A DNA stretch of 35,582 bases from Paraglomus brasilianum (lineage: Eukaryota). The stretch spans positions 1 to 35,582 of the forward strand of contig CAJVPI010000319.1 in NCBI GenBank assembly GCA_910592345.1, in the 5' to 3' direction. Position 1 is the stretch's first letter, and each line of letters opens with the position of its first letter. The notes under the pieces are model-generated. The model was given only the letters and a program-made list of their open reading frames with translations. It was not told the origin of the DNA and ran no database searches. Below, in pieces: positions 18,509 to 30,460 of this stretch. The translations under genes were made by a program, and so were the position numbers.

Positions 18509-20685
18509 TCAAATTGATACGCTGCTAGAATTCGTTACGGTCTTTTCTTCTATTGGTAAAGTGGGCTCGTTTTCTCCTAAATTTGCCGGCTTGGCAACAA
18601 GACCTAGCAAGTATTGAAGACGCGTCAATAGGCAAACAAAACTGAAAATGGATGATCAGAAGGCTTTTCTCTCTCATACCAAGTGTTCTAAACATTTCTT
18701 GATCTTCGCTGAAGGCATTGTTCGGAGTCGTCAAAAGAGTATCACCAGTGAAAATAGAATTTGCACCTGCAAAGAAGCACAATGCCTAAAAAATTCATTG
18801 ACAATAACCATTTTAAGTATATATACTTTGTAAAATTTTTAAGCATGTCATAACATTAAGAATCACCTGCTCAGGTTGAGAAAACCGCACACGCCCAGCA
18901 GAAAGTCGAACCATCGATTTTGGCATAATTATTCTTGCCGTGGCAATCATTCGAACCATCTCCCAAATGGAAACGGGCTATCGAAAATTTGTTAATATCT
19001 TAAAGTCACCTCTTATTAATGTCGTCTCAAAATCAAGGCAAGCCTCTTCCCACCTCTTGTTTCTCTAGGGGAGTACCCTCTACAGCCAATAATGCATTGA
19101 TCGGGACCGACTCGGGGTGCTTCGGCATTGTTGATAGCGTATGTAACATGCTGACGCGGTCTTCTGGCTTTTCGCCCAACCCAATAATTCCCCCAGAGCA
19201 TACGTGAATGCCTGCTTCGCGAACATTAGCGATTGTTGTTAGACGCTCATCGTATGAACGAGTAGTTATGATCTACAAAGATAGAGAATGTGATGGGTAT
19301 GATAGCTTCCACTATTCGCAAACACGAATTGATGAGAGAAAGTCACCTTAGGATAATATTCACGAGAAGTATCAAGATTGTGGTTGTAGGCGGTTAAGCC
19401 AGCTTCTTTGAGTGCTTTGGCTTGTCCGGCATCTAACATGCCCAAGGTGCAACATACTTCCATGTCCATAGACCTAGCAAGATCCCAAAATAAAAGGTGA
19501 TGCTCAAGACCGTTATAATTTGAACATAGGCCAAGCAAACATTGAATGTCTGAAAGGTTTTATCACTGTGCTTGAATCACAATGGCCTTGTGCGTCTATC
19601 CAAATAAAAATTGAATTTCCCAATCCGTAACTCAGTCTTTCTGTCAGCGAATATTGGAAAATCAATTCAAAAATGACTTGTATCATCAATTTGATCACCG
19701 GCACAGACAGGCAGACATATATTTCTTTGAGAGTCAAATGGATTGGAACGGATTTATTAAGATAGAAAAAATTACAAACCTGTTTGAAGCACAAGAAAAC
19801 ATTAATTCGGCTACAGTGACATAACTTTTCAGACACCAATATATTCATAGTTTGACGTGCTAACCTTATTTCTTTAACATATCCCAATATTTTGCTGAAA
19901 TTTGATTTGCGTCCATTGAGGTCTCGCCAAGCTGCACCCATGCAGAACCTAGAGTCACAGAAAGAAATTCAGCAAGATAGGTCCTGTCAATATTCCATTC
20001 GTAAAAGTAGTTACAATTTATCCTATTCCTGTACAGAAGCACCCCTGTACTAGCCTTGTGCTTCCAGCTTCTTTAGCCTTTTTTGCCGCCACAAGAACTT
20101 CATCAGTGTCCATTAACTTTTGTGCTTTTACAGGCGTTTTGTATTTAGAAGACTGAGGACAATAGGAACAATCCTCTGTGCAGCCGCCAGTTTTGATGCT
20201 CAGAAGTGTACATTGTTGTACAGCGCGAGGGTCATGATTTTCACGATGAACTTTGGCCTACGAGACAACAACAACAACAACAAAGCCCATAATCATTAAT
20301 AGTGGTGAATCAAATAGTATCATAATGAACCAACGTAATAAACCATAAAGTTCGAGAATCTTGGAGACTATCCTCAGTGATCGTCGATGGGTGTAGACGT
20401 TCATCTTAACATCTACCGCCTTGTGAGACAATTCTCTTATCTTTAGTTTAATCTCCACACACTTACACCATAAAACAATAAATCCATCAAAGGAGAGTCA
20501 TATATAGATTTTATCTCTTCCCGAGTCCAGTCATTCCTTATATTCCCAGTCGCATGCAAACCTGCAATGGCTGCTGACCTAATAGTCTCAACAGGTGCTG
20601 CAGACACCAGTCCTCTCGTTGGGAAGACTACTCGCAATGCGGTGAAGTTGCCGAATGCTCTCGCTGTACGCAGACGAAAAGCCAT
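18509..20685 (-). CDS. BIO2: Mitochondrial biotin synthase (radical SAM; 8 exons)
   Basis: Arg-rich presequence [36 protein letters not shown] (CxxxCxxC); [40 protein letters not shown]; last exon ends ...SSVSI-TGA at 18509. Confidence 0.96.
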
Positions 20686-21806
20686 AGTACGATTATGATA
20701 GAAAGAAGAAAATCTGAGGAATTCGTGTAGGGGATTAGTTTTTTAAATTTGTAATAATATTGAATAGTATGCTTTTATGGAAATTTAATCTGATCGATTT
20801 GATGATCGGAGATATAAAATTTTCAGTATCAGTTGCTATTGGTCGAAAATGCAGATATCGGGGTTAACCGCCAATTTTGGCTTGTTTATTATAATTAAAT
20901 ACAATTAATTTGCTTTCGCACGTATTACAAACTCTGAACAACGTGGGAAAACTTTCTCGCAAGATTATAACAAACAGGTGGTCGTTTGGAATAGCTCGAA
21001 CATTTCGGTTAGTGAAAAAGCAATTTGTAATCGATGGCATTTTGTCGTTTTGAGTCTACACCACGCAAACAAACAAAGAAGTTTAATTTTCGCAGCGAGT
21101 ATAGTCTCGTCTAGCTCAAATAAGCACGATATGATTACATAATTACATGTCGCTTATTTGTGTATTTCGAATTGACGTCACCTGCCGGGTAGTAGCAGTA
21201 AATACGCGTCCTGATTTAGTTGTATAGTTACCTTTCTTCTCGGTCGTGCCGCCTCATGCATTTTCGTTCACATCCACAACGTCGGGGGTGAACTGCCGGG
21301 ACGATATAATTTACAAACCAATGAAGTGCCTTGACAGACAGCTTTTTGCTTTTTTTCTGATACTATAGTCAGCGGTTATTTAAAAAAATGGAAAACAGTT
21401 ACTCATGCCAATTATTGCTGCTTCGAATTTTGTGCTCACTGTAATTATAAATCACAGAGTGAATGTCATTACCGTACATTATAATGAACTAATAGCCGCT
21501 CACCGATGATGCAATTAGTCTTTTGGTCTTGAAGAGATTAAGAAGCAACTAAATCCAAAAGCCAGAATGAGATATCAACGTGAGCCTGGATGCAAAAAGA
21601 ATCGAAACATTTAATATTTTAAAATTAGACAGATGATGTATTTCTTTTTCTCCCCGATTTTGAAAAGCTGCTAATGTCCATTCAAAGCCTTTTCTGAATA
21701 TATGTGTGCAAATACAGAAGAAAAAAATTATTAGTCTGAATTTTATGAAACTTCTATAAGATGAGAGCCTCGACCTATTAACCAATTTTTTGTTTCCTGT
21801 TACATA

Positions 21807-22595
21807 GGCAGACTCGTTAAGTCGTTTTTGGCGTAACTCGGTCAAACCTTTTTTCGATATTTAAAATTTCTCGATAAGTCGGTCGACATATGTAAAGTCG
21901 TAAGTCGGCCAACTTTTTTATGCTATGTAAATTATCCTCGATAAGTCTGTCTCACGTGATATTCGGAGAACATCATTACTATTTGTGTAAGCATTGATCG
22001 ATTTCGAAAATATGGAACTGAGATTCCTACTTTAAATATTTTAAATGCAATCGACTGGGTTGCAGAATCGTGGAGAAATGCGACCGAAGATGTAATATAT
22101 AGGTGCTGGAAAGAACTGATATTCTGCCTGACGAGTCGGAAGTCATTAACTATGAACCACCAGATAATGACATTGAGATAGAAGATGAAATCGTACAACC
22201 GCTTATTGATCAAATGGTCGTCATGAGAGCAAAACTATATTGAAATCGACAGTACTTTGGAACAAGCAATATTCCTGATAATAATGAAATTATTGCAACC
22301 GTCCAGAGGATGAAGGAGAAGATGACGACAAAAATGAGATTTTTATATTTATGGTATCTAACAAAGTGGCTTTAGAAAACATTCAAAATTTACATAACTA
22401 TTTGCAGCAGAATAACGATATAAAAGTAAACAGTTTATTAGTTTCAGGATTAAGAGACTTAAAATGGGAACTTGTGAAGAAGCGAACGGATTCTTCGATA
22501 CAAACGACCATGGATATTTATTTTTCTATAAAAATAAATTAGTCACGTGGATTCGATAAGTCGATCTAATCCGTGACCGACTTATCGAGTCTGCC
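21807..22595 (+). mobile_element. Internally deleted pogo/Tigger-like element retaining the transposase C-terminus
   Basis: Inverted termini GGCAGACTCGTTAAGTCG (21807-21824) and CGACTTATCGAGTCTGCC (22578-22595), 17/18; internal CGATAAGTC repeats; peptide remnants ILNAIDWVAESWRNATEDVIYRCWK and VSNKVALENIQNLHNYL...QTTMDIYF typical of pogo transposase tails. Confidence 0.85.
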
Positions 22596-22634
22596 AACCC
22601 GTAGTCCATATTATTTTGACAATGAAAGCGTGTA

Positions 22635-23272
22635 CAGTCAACTGCCGATAATTCGACCGCTTGCGTTCAGGGGTCATCGGTCGAATTAACGAATATCCAA
22701 TCAGACATCCACAATGATAGGGCTTCTTCCAGCGTTTGTCATTTTGGCCTTCGATTTCTTAATCATTTAGCATAAGGTTTATTTATATCGATATTCATCC
22801 ATTTCTCTGATTGTATTATGATATTCTGTACGGTTGTTTTTCCTACACGAAATTCTTTGCCTAATTCCGGGTTAGATAGTTGAGGGTTTTTAGCTTTTTG
22901 CTGTCTTGCTTCTGTTTGGCACTCAACGTAACATAAGGTTGTTTTTTTTCGATCGAGGCATTTTGAGAAAATAGTAATAACGCATGATGGGAAATTTTTA
23001 TTATATTAATGTCGGTCGGATAATCGAAACTTTTTATCACAAAAACAATGTAATTAACCCTTAAATGAAATGATTTGTGGTCGAATTAACGGACGTAATT
23101 ATTATTATAGTATTATTTATATTATTAATATGCACTGGCTTAATAGAGATTATTTAAGCAATCAAATTAACAAATTATCGAGAATTTATAAGTTCGATCG
23201 AATAAAAGGAAGAAAAATCATATGAAAAAATCGGGTCTTACTCAAGACGATCGAATTATCGGCAGTTGACTT
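22635..23272 (-). mobile_element. Internally deleted pogo/Tigger-like element retaining the N-terminal CENP-B-type HTH region
   Basis: TIRs CAGTCAACTGCCGATAATTCGACCG (from 22635, preceded by TA) and CGATCGAATTATCGGCAGTTGACT (to 23271). Minus strand gives MPRSKK..VTLSAKQKQ..NPQLSNPELGKEFRVGKTTVQNII..LEEALSLWM with stops and frameshifts. Confidence 0.88.
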
Positions 23273-24350
23273 TTATAATCTAAAGGAGCAGGTGTTAATG
23301 CTAAAATAGAAAAGGCTTTAATTTTTTTGGTAATTTCAAAAATATTTGCTTTTCTACTTTTCAATAAATTGATTTCTGTATAAGCACCATTAGCAACCAT
23401 CTGGGCTTTGACAACTATAGGATTGATTGCTTCAAAGAGAAAATGCTGATAGTTTTGCAAACCATTTAATTTTTTAAAGAAAATCCCCAATACGGAATTC
23501 AGATCTAAGTATTGAAAACCTTTATTTAAACCAATCGTACTTGATTTTTTCACAATTTCAACAATATCGCCACACAATTTACCGTTGTTTTGCGATATAG
23601 TTTCTTAATCAATCCAAAACTACCATCACACTTGAATTTAATATGTCCAGGTATCATGAAATTTAATTCGATACTTTCATAATAACCGCAAATTATTAAA
23701 TAGAGGTAAAATCAAATGGTAACATTATTTTTATTTTGACCTCCTGCATTATCACAAGTAATCTTTAAATGTTTTTCGCCTTTATTCAATCTCTTAATTC
23801 CATCGAATACCATGCTCAACGTGCCATTCGGACCTTTTCCTATAATTTCGTCTTCATCGAGAACGTAATTAATTTGTTTACATACTGCCTCATCTTGAAT
23901 ACCAAATAAATGTACTTTACGCGGACTGAGATAATAAATTTACCCTGTTGATCGGAATGGGGAACGTAAACGTTTTGCGCTCAATCGTAACTGTAATGTG
24001 CAGTAGTCGCGTCAATGCTACAATAATCAACTTTACCTCTTGTTATAAAATGTTTATCTACCAATTTTCTCTGTTGTTCCGCTAACTTCGTATTTTGTTA
24101 TAATAATTTCTTTCTAATTTAGCCTTAACTAAATGTTCTTTGTATTTTTTCAGTAAATCTCTTGCTTTTTCTTCCTTACGAGCATTATACTGTAAACCAT
24201 TCCGAACGTGTCACATAAATCCGTTCTTGGACTCATGATTTAAATATAAGGCGTTAATTGGTGCCATAACTTGCATTATATTTTAACAATTTCAACGTGC
24301 TATCGTTTTCGAGACCTGCAATAAAATTACGATAGACCGATTTATAACTC
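23273..24350 (-). mobile_element. Pseudogenised DNA-transposon transposase, Sola1/DUF7869-like (copy 1)
   Basis: Broken minus-strand frames give SPRTDLCDT, AQNVYVPHSDQQ, YYLSPRKVHLFGIQDE, NYVLDEDEIIGKGPNGTLSM, ITCDNAGGQNKNN, NFMIPGHIKFKCDGSFGLIKK. Superfamily assignment is from motif recall. Confidence 0.75.
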
Positions 24351-25302
24351 GGAAATATTGAGTTGCATTTTTGCAGTTGATAAGTCTTTAACTGTTAGTT
24401 TGATTTATTGAGCGAACGCTTTGATAATGATTTTTCTTTATATGTCAAAATTTGTCATTAGCGAACTATATAGCATTGGTTCTTTGGATTTTGTTCAAAT
24501 CGAAGTAATAAATTACCAGTATAACGAGTTCATAACCATAACAAATAATAACTGTGACTTTAGATTTACAGATTTTCATTTATACCAATGATCCGTGGCA
24601 TTAACGTTAATAGCGATAGGTGATCCCTGACCTGTGGTAAATTTCATAAGTGATTTTTTCTTTATCTAGATATTCCTGGAGAATTTTGGTGTCATTCATT
24701 TTAAAAACGTATGGAGCAATTTTTTCTCCTTGTTCTTTCTTTAGAAAGCTTCTAATGGTACTGTAATTCTTTGGTTCCATGGTAGATTTGATGTAAATTA
24801 GTTTCATATTAATATTTTATATACACATAATTCTATATTAATCATGTTATAACCTCAACCAACATTAATGTTAGTCACATTCTGGTATGATATTAATTTA
24901 AAACTGTAATTGACATAAATTTCTGTATAGGTTACAGCTGTGATAATCAAAACGTTATTAGTCAAATTAGTTAACTTTCAGCTCTCATAATAGAATGTTC
25001 ACTTTGTCTGGTTTTGTTGCAGTCTGCCCCATATAATCTATTGTGTAAAGTTTCTGCATTATGGATTTAAATGGCCTTTGATGGAAATTCCCGCACATAC
25101 TCAATTGTCTCACCTTATTATTAAGCAAGATCGCTAAACTCCGAACGGCGACTGAATACGGATGACGTAACATGACAGCAGGGACAAGGGAAAATAGCGA
25201 TCCCGCGATTAGTAAGCGGCTAGACGTTTTACGCAACCCTTTAATCCCTGAAATTTGATGCTATTAATATAGAGAATTGCATATCTTAATCCCAATCGTA
25301 AA

Positions 25303-27526
25303 ATGACTCTTCAGGAAGATTACCCGCCTCGTCTTCTGCCAGAAAAGTATCAGACTTTGAAGGAACAAACGATCGACTGGTCGATTGCCAACAGTCTTGT
25401 AATACGTCCGACTGCTGAAGTTGCCTTACCTCAAAATATATCTGTAATTCATGCGCCAGTCGCGTTGTTCCCGTCGCCCATACCGAGGGAGGCTTTCGAG
25501 GAGGCTGTGAATCTGCAACCAATATTTAATGAATTGTATCATAAAATGTCTCTGGATGATGCGTTTATCAAGAGTACTATACAAAAGTATGGTTTCAGTG
25601 AATTGGTTTCTACCTTTATAACTTTGGTTCGACTGTCCTAATTTGTTCAACATTCATCTTTAGGGTTTCCGAAGTTGATGACTTTGTCAAGAAATTGTAC
25701 GATATTTATTTAAAAACGAAGGACAAAGTTCAAGTAAGCTCTAATAAGCTTGATTCGTTCTTTCAACAACATGCTTTCATTTCAGCTCATAAGTGAGTAG
25801 CCAATCGTCTTCGGTATTCACAGGTCAGACTACCTACTCCACATGGATGAGGGAGAGGTGAAATCCAAAATATTACAAGTCGAGTTCAACACTATTGCCG
25901 CATCCTTTTCGAGTTTGTCAGCGCTGACAGGGAAATTACATAAGTAAGTAACTCATGTAGTGTTTGTCATTAATCCCAACACATGGAAGAAAGCACTGCA
26001 CCAAATTTACCATACCTGCGATTCAGTCCTTAATGCAGACAAATAGCCACTTATAACATTGTACACCTGCCATATCTTAGGTACCTCGTGGAATCTACGG
26101 GCTATTTTGACGCAAATGCACGAATAAACACGGAATCTTTGCCGGAAAATGCGTCTTTGACCAGTTTACCAAAAGGCATTGCTAAGGCTCATGAGCTTTA
26201 TGGATCTTCAAAGTAAGTAAAGAACGCCAAACGACGTTTGATTACGCCGTATCTCTAACTTAGTTCTATGATTGCCCCATTTTAGAGCCGTTGTTATGAT
26301 GGTCGTTCAGCCAGGAGAACGTAATGCTTTTGATCAACGTTGGATAGAGTATAATTTACTACAGAAGTAAGAATTAAAGACATTTTGCAAAATATTCTCA
26401 ATCAAGAGTTGTACTTATAGATGTCCTCCTCCATCATTCTAACAAAGTCATAAGGTCCATCTTATTCGTAAAACACTCGCTGAAGTTTCTGAAGAGGCAA
26501 GTGTAGATCCAGTGACCAGTTCGCTTACTATGTAAGTCATATTCTTGAAAACAAAACAAGGATGCAAAAGACATTTGGCCCATGCTTGGATTTAATTTTT
26601 ATTTCCTAACATTGTGTCACTTTGTGTATAAGCGCTGGTAAAGAAATATCTGTCGTGTATTACCGAGCTGGATATAGTCCGGATGATTATCCGACAGAGA
26701 AGGTAAAATGTCTTACTCTGTGATGCTTGATTTGCCAGTGCTCTAAATCTTATTTATGGAAATTAGCAATGGGAAGCACGGCTTTTAATTGAAAAATCTA
26801 AAGCTATCAAATGTCCGACGGTAGCCTATCAATTAGTCGGTGCGAAAAAAGCACAACAGGAAATAGCTAAACCTGGTATGATTCAGCGGTGAGTTAGGTT
26901 TCATGCGACATCATGAAATAGAGATTTTGTTATACGTATTGTTTAAACTATAGCTAAAGAACATACTATTAATACAATATTTCTAAAAAAAATAGATACA
27001 TAAATGATCCAATACAGGTAAAGAAATTATACGCTAGCTTTGCTGAACTATATCCTCTTGATACTACGCCAGAAGGTGAAGCAGCTGCTAAGCTTGCACT
27101 CGAGAATCCAGAACGCTATGTGATGAAACCTCAGCGGGAAGGAGGAGGTATATATCAAGGCATTGTCATTGTTCTGCTTAACACCGATACTAATGCGAAT
27201 TATTCGTGGATATAGGTAACAATATCTATACTAAAGACATTCCTCCTGCACTTGCTCGGCTGTCTGTCTCAGAGCGATCTTCATATATACTAATGGAACT
27301 CATCAAACCACCACCAATGAAAAATACGGTATTACGTGAAGGAGAACTAATAAGTGGTCCCATGGCATCAGAGCTTGGTATTTATGGCATATTTATTGCC
27401 ACACAAGACGGAGAGGTGTTAGTCAACGAGCCAGCAGGCCATTTGTTGAGAACCAAAAGTGCTGATATGAATGAAGGAGGAGTAGCGACAGGATTTGCTG
27501 TACTTGATTCACCGCTGCTTGTCTAG
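25303..27526 (+). CDS. GSH2: Glutathione synthetase, eukaryotic type (10 exons)
   Basis: [93 protein letters not shown]. Confidence 0.96.
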
Positions 27527-27925
27527 TTTTCGAAAATGTAACTAAGACAACAAACTTTGTCGTCGTCAATGTACAGAAAAGTATTTAACTTTGAAAAGAT
27601 AATATGTTATGAGACAGATCAGCAATAAAAATTGGAGTACGAATCGGAAGTGAAAAAGTCCGAGATTATGTGGACTTGTATTGGAGTGACTTTCATGGCC
27701 CTGCTAGATGCAGACTATAGTTATTCAAAGCCAAACTCTAACACGTATTATTAACGTTCGAGTTGAAACGTTTGTCATGGACAATTTATTTTTTTTTGGT
27801 GCCCTACAATATTATTTGTGTAGAGAATCGCGTAACCTATATACAAATCTTCATCTTTTCACATCATATCTGCCTTCTTCGCCATTCATGCATTCTGTAA
27901 TCGGTTCTCATTTAATAACATATCC

Positions 27926-28706
27926 AAGTATTGAAAACCCTTTCCATTTTATAGCACTGAGCTTCAGATGTGCTTGATTTTTTCACAACCTCAACAATAT
28001 GATCCACACAATCTACCATCGTCTTTCTTAATCAATGCCATAACACTTGAATTTAGTATGCCCAGGTACCATAAAATTTAACTCGATACTTTCATAATAA
28101 CCGTAAATTACTAAATCATTATTTTTATTCTGTCCACCGCGTTACCGCGCCACGAGACAAGCACGGTATTGTATCGTTTGAGTATCTGATGTACAAAATT
28201 ATTGCTACCAATACGCGTATTGAACTACCTTTGGACCAATCTGCCATTGTTGACTGGAATGTAGTAGTAGGGCATTACGAATTTGCAATTGGTCTCTTAG
28301 TCGCCTTGGCAACAATTTCTCGTACTGACCAACTTGTTCACTATATACTCCGGTGACTTTTAAATATTTTTCACCCTTATTCAATTTCTTTATTCCATCG
28401 AAAACCGTGTTCAGTGTGCCATTAGGACCTTTCCCTATAATTTCGTCTTCATCGAGAACGTAGTTACGTATGGCTTCACTTTACGCGGACTAAGATATGT
28501 GCGAGTGGTTTGACGGTTTTTGGCCGTTATAACGAGAGACCGGTATATGATTCAGCCGTGATGACTGCTGATCGGAATGGGCACGTGAACATTTTGTGCC
28601 CAATCGTAATTGTAATTATAATGAGCAGTAGCGTCAATGTTCAGCTTTGCCCCTCGTCATAAAATACTCACCATGTTCTGGTTTTGTTGCAGTCTGCCCC
28701 ATATAA
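27926..28706 (-). mobile_element. Second, more deleted copy of the Sola1/DUF7869-like transposase remnant, with internal insertions
   Basis: Colinear similarity to ~23507-24050, e.g. TCGATACTTTCATAATAACCG, CTATAATTTCGTCTTCATCGAGAACGTA, CTTTACGCGGACT and TGATCGGAATGGG shared; 30-bp identity with 25007-25036 at its right end. Confidence 0.8.
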
Positions 28707-29441
28707 GAATGAAAAACTCGTAATTTGGAGCTACGAAGAATCTTGGGTACGATTTAGCGTTTAGTGACGAGACAAACATCGCTACTTTTTCGCAGAAATC
28801 AAAGAATCTTGGGTACGCTGAGCATGCACTGGCAACGACAGCATAAATGTTGTTAACCTGCTTCAGGATAACTATAATAATAACTTTTATTGAACAGACT
28901 CGATAACTAAATCATTTGGAAACGCACGGTAATAGAGTTTAATATTAACAATCATTGGACATAGATAACACAGATGACCACAAGATTGTAATACACTGCG
29001 CTCTCATTGTCAAATATCCTTTCTCGACTACACTCGCTGGACACAAAAATCGACTCTCCGACTAGTAACTAGTAAATGTGAACAGCTAAACCTACAAAGC
29101 TACCTTCATTGTTCTGTCAACTTTGTTAATGATTCCCGTTACAGTATTATTTTGTCATTGATAATTGACTGATTTTAAGATAAAATGAGATTAACCATAT
29201 ATATACATTTCACGGATCGTATTATGACTTTTCTAGAAATTGCGATGACACAAATTCTCAGCCGATAGATTTAAAAATAGTAAAGACTGCAAACTAAAAA
29301 ATCAGTGATATATCACAATTCAGACATTTATTGTGCCGGAAACCCCTCGTTAAATATCGGCAGGGTTGTTATTGCTAAATATTATATTGATATTAAGCCC
29401 ACTTTGTCTGGCACATACTTTGCTTTTGAGCTATATCACCA

Positions 29442-30460
29442 ATGCCGCATCCACTTCAATTTAAAATACATCCAAGTACCGGAGAAGACGACGACAACCA
29501 TCCCTTATCTGTAAAACAAGATACTAATGTCTCTACACGTTCTATTCCACGTTCACTTTCTCCACCCATACATTCCCCACCCGCCCAATCCTCGACTTCC
29601 TTTCTAACTACTCTCCAATCGTTCGTTCCGCGGAATAAGACCTTTCTCCGTATTTTTACTGGATTTCACATTACCCTAGCTCTTCTTTTATACACACTTA
29701 TCTTTGTCGATGCGACGTTAATACATCATCAGAGAGAATCAAAGGCATTAGAGGCCATTCTTCAAATTATTAATGTATTTGTCGTGTTGTGTACCCTTGT
29801 CAACCACCCAAAAAGAGCGCTGAATTGGGTAAGAGCATTAAAAATATGGAAAGGGAGCAGGAATGATGAATACGGGATCGGAAGAGTGAGTGAGGAAGTG
29901 AGAGAGTTGCAGGAGAATGTCAGCAAAGCGTATGAATGGTATGTATACGATGGAGAGAGGGCTTTCGTATGTTCTCCCGCGCGATTGACTGGTATTTTGA
30001 CGTTATGGAATCTTGGGAGTCTCGCTCAATATGGATTATCAGGTAAATAATGGGTGATCAACTGGTCTATGTGCGAGAAGAAGAAAAAACCACGGATTAT
30101 TAGCATGTTTATTACAGTTATACAATTGTATATAGGCAATATAATCCCTTCTCTTAAGCTTCTATTGTTTATTTGATATCTTTCTTAATACGCACTTTCT
30201 CAAAGTTCTGCTTTTATTAATCTTTACACCCATCACTAGGCATTTTGTGGTTTGTTCATCATAATAACCGTCCGCTTGGAGTATATCTTGCGTTCAATGT
30301 TATAGCTCTCGTTTGCTTGGTTGCGCCCATTCCACTTGTTGTGTTTCAAGCCAAGAGAGCAAAATCAGCTCGTCATCTTGCTGTATTAGATGCAAAGAGC
30401 AGGCTCATGGCGGGTCACAGAGACATGAGATCCATGGAAATGGCTGACGTAGAGTTGTGA
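29442..30460 (+). CDS. Multi-pass membrane protein, DUF2985-like (2 exons; intron 30043-30239)
   Basis: ORFs 29442-30050 and 30245-30460 join in frame through a GT-AG intron (SG|ILWF). Four hydrophobic segments; LEAILQIINV..HPKR and LWNLGSLAQYGLSGILW..NNRP resemble DUF2985 motifs. Confidence 0.7.

Noticed and set aside
28736..28817. 16-bp direct repeat AAGAATCTTGGGTACG
   Set aside because: Only two copies 66 bp apart with no element features between them; probably a local duplication.
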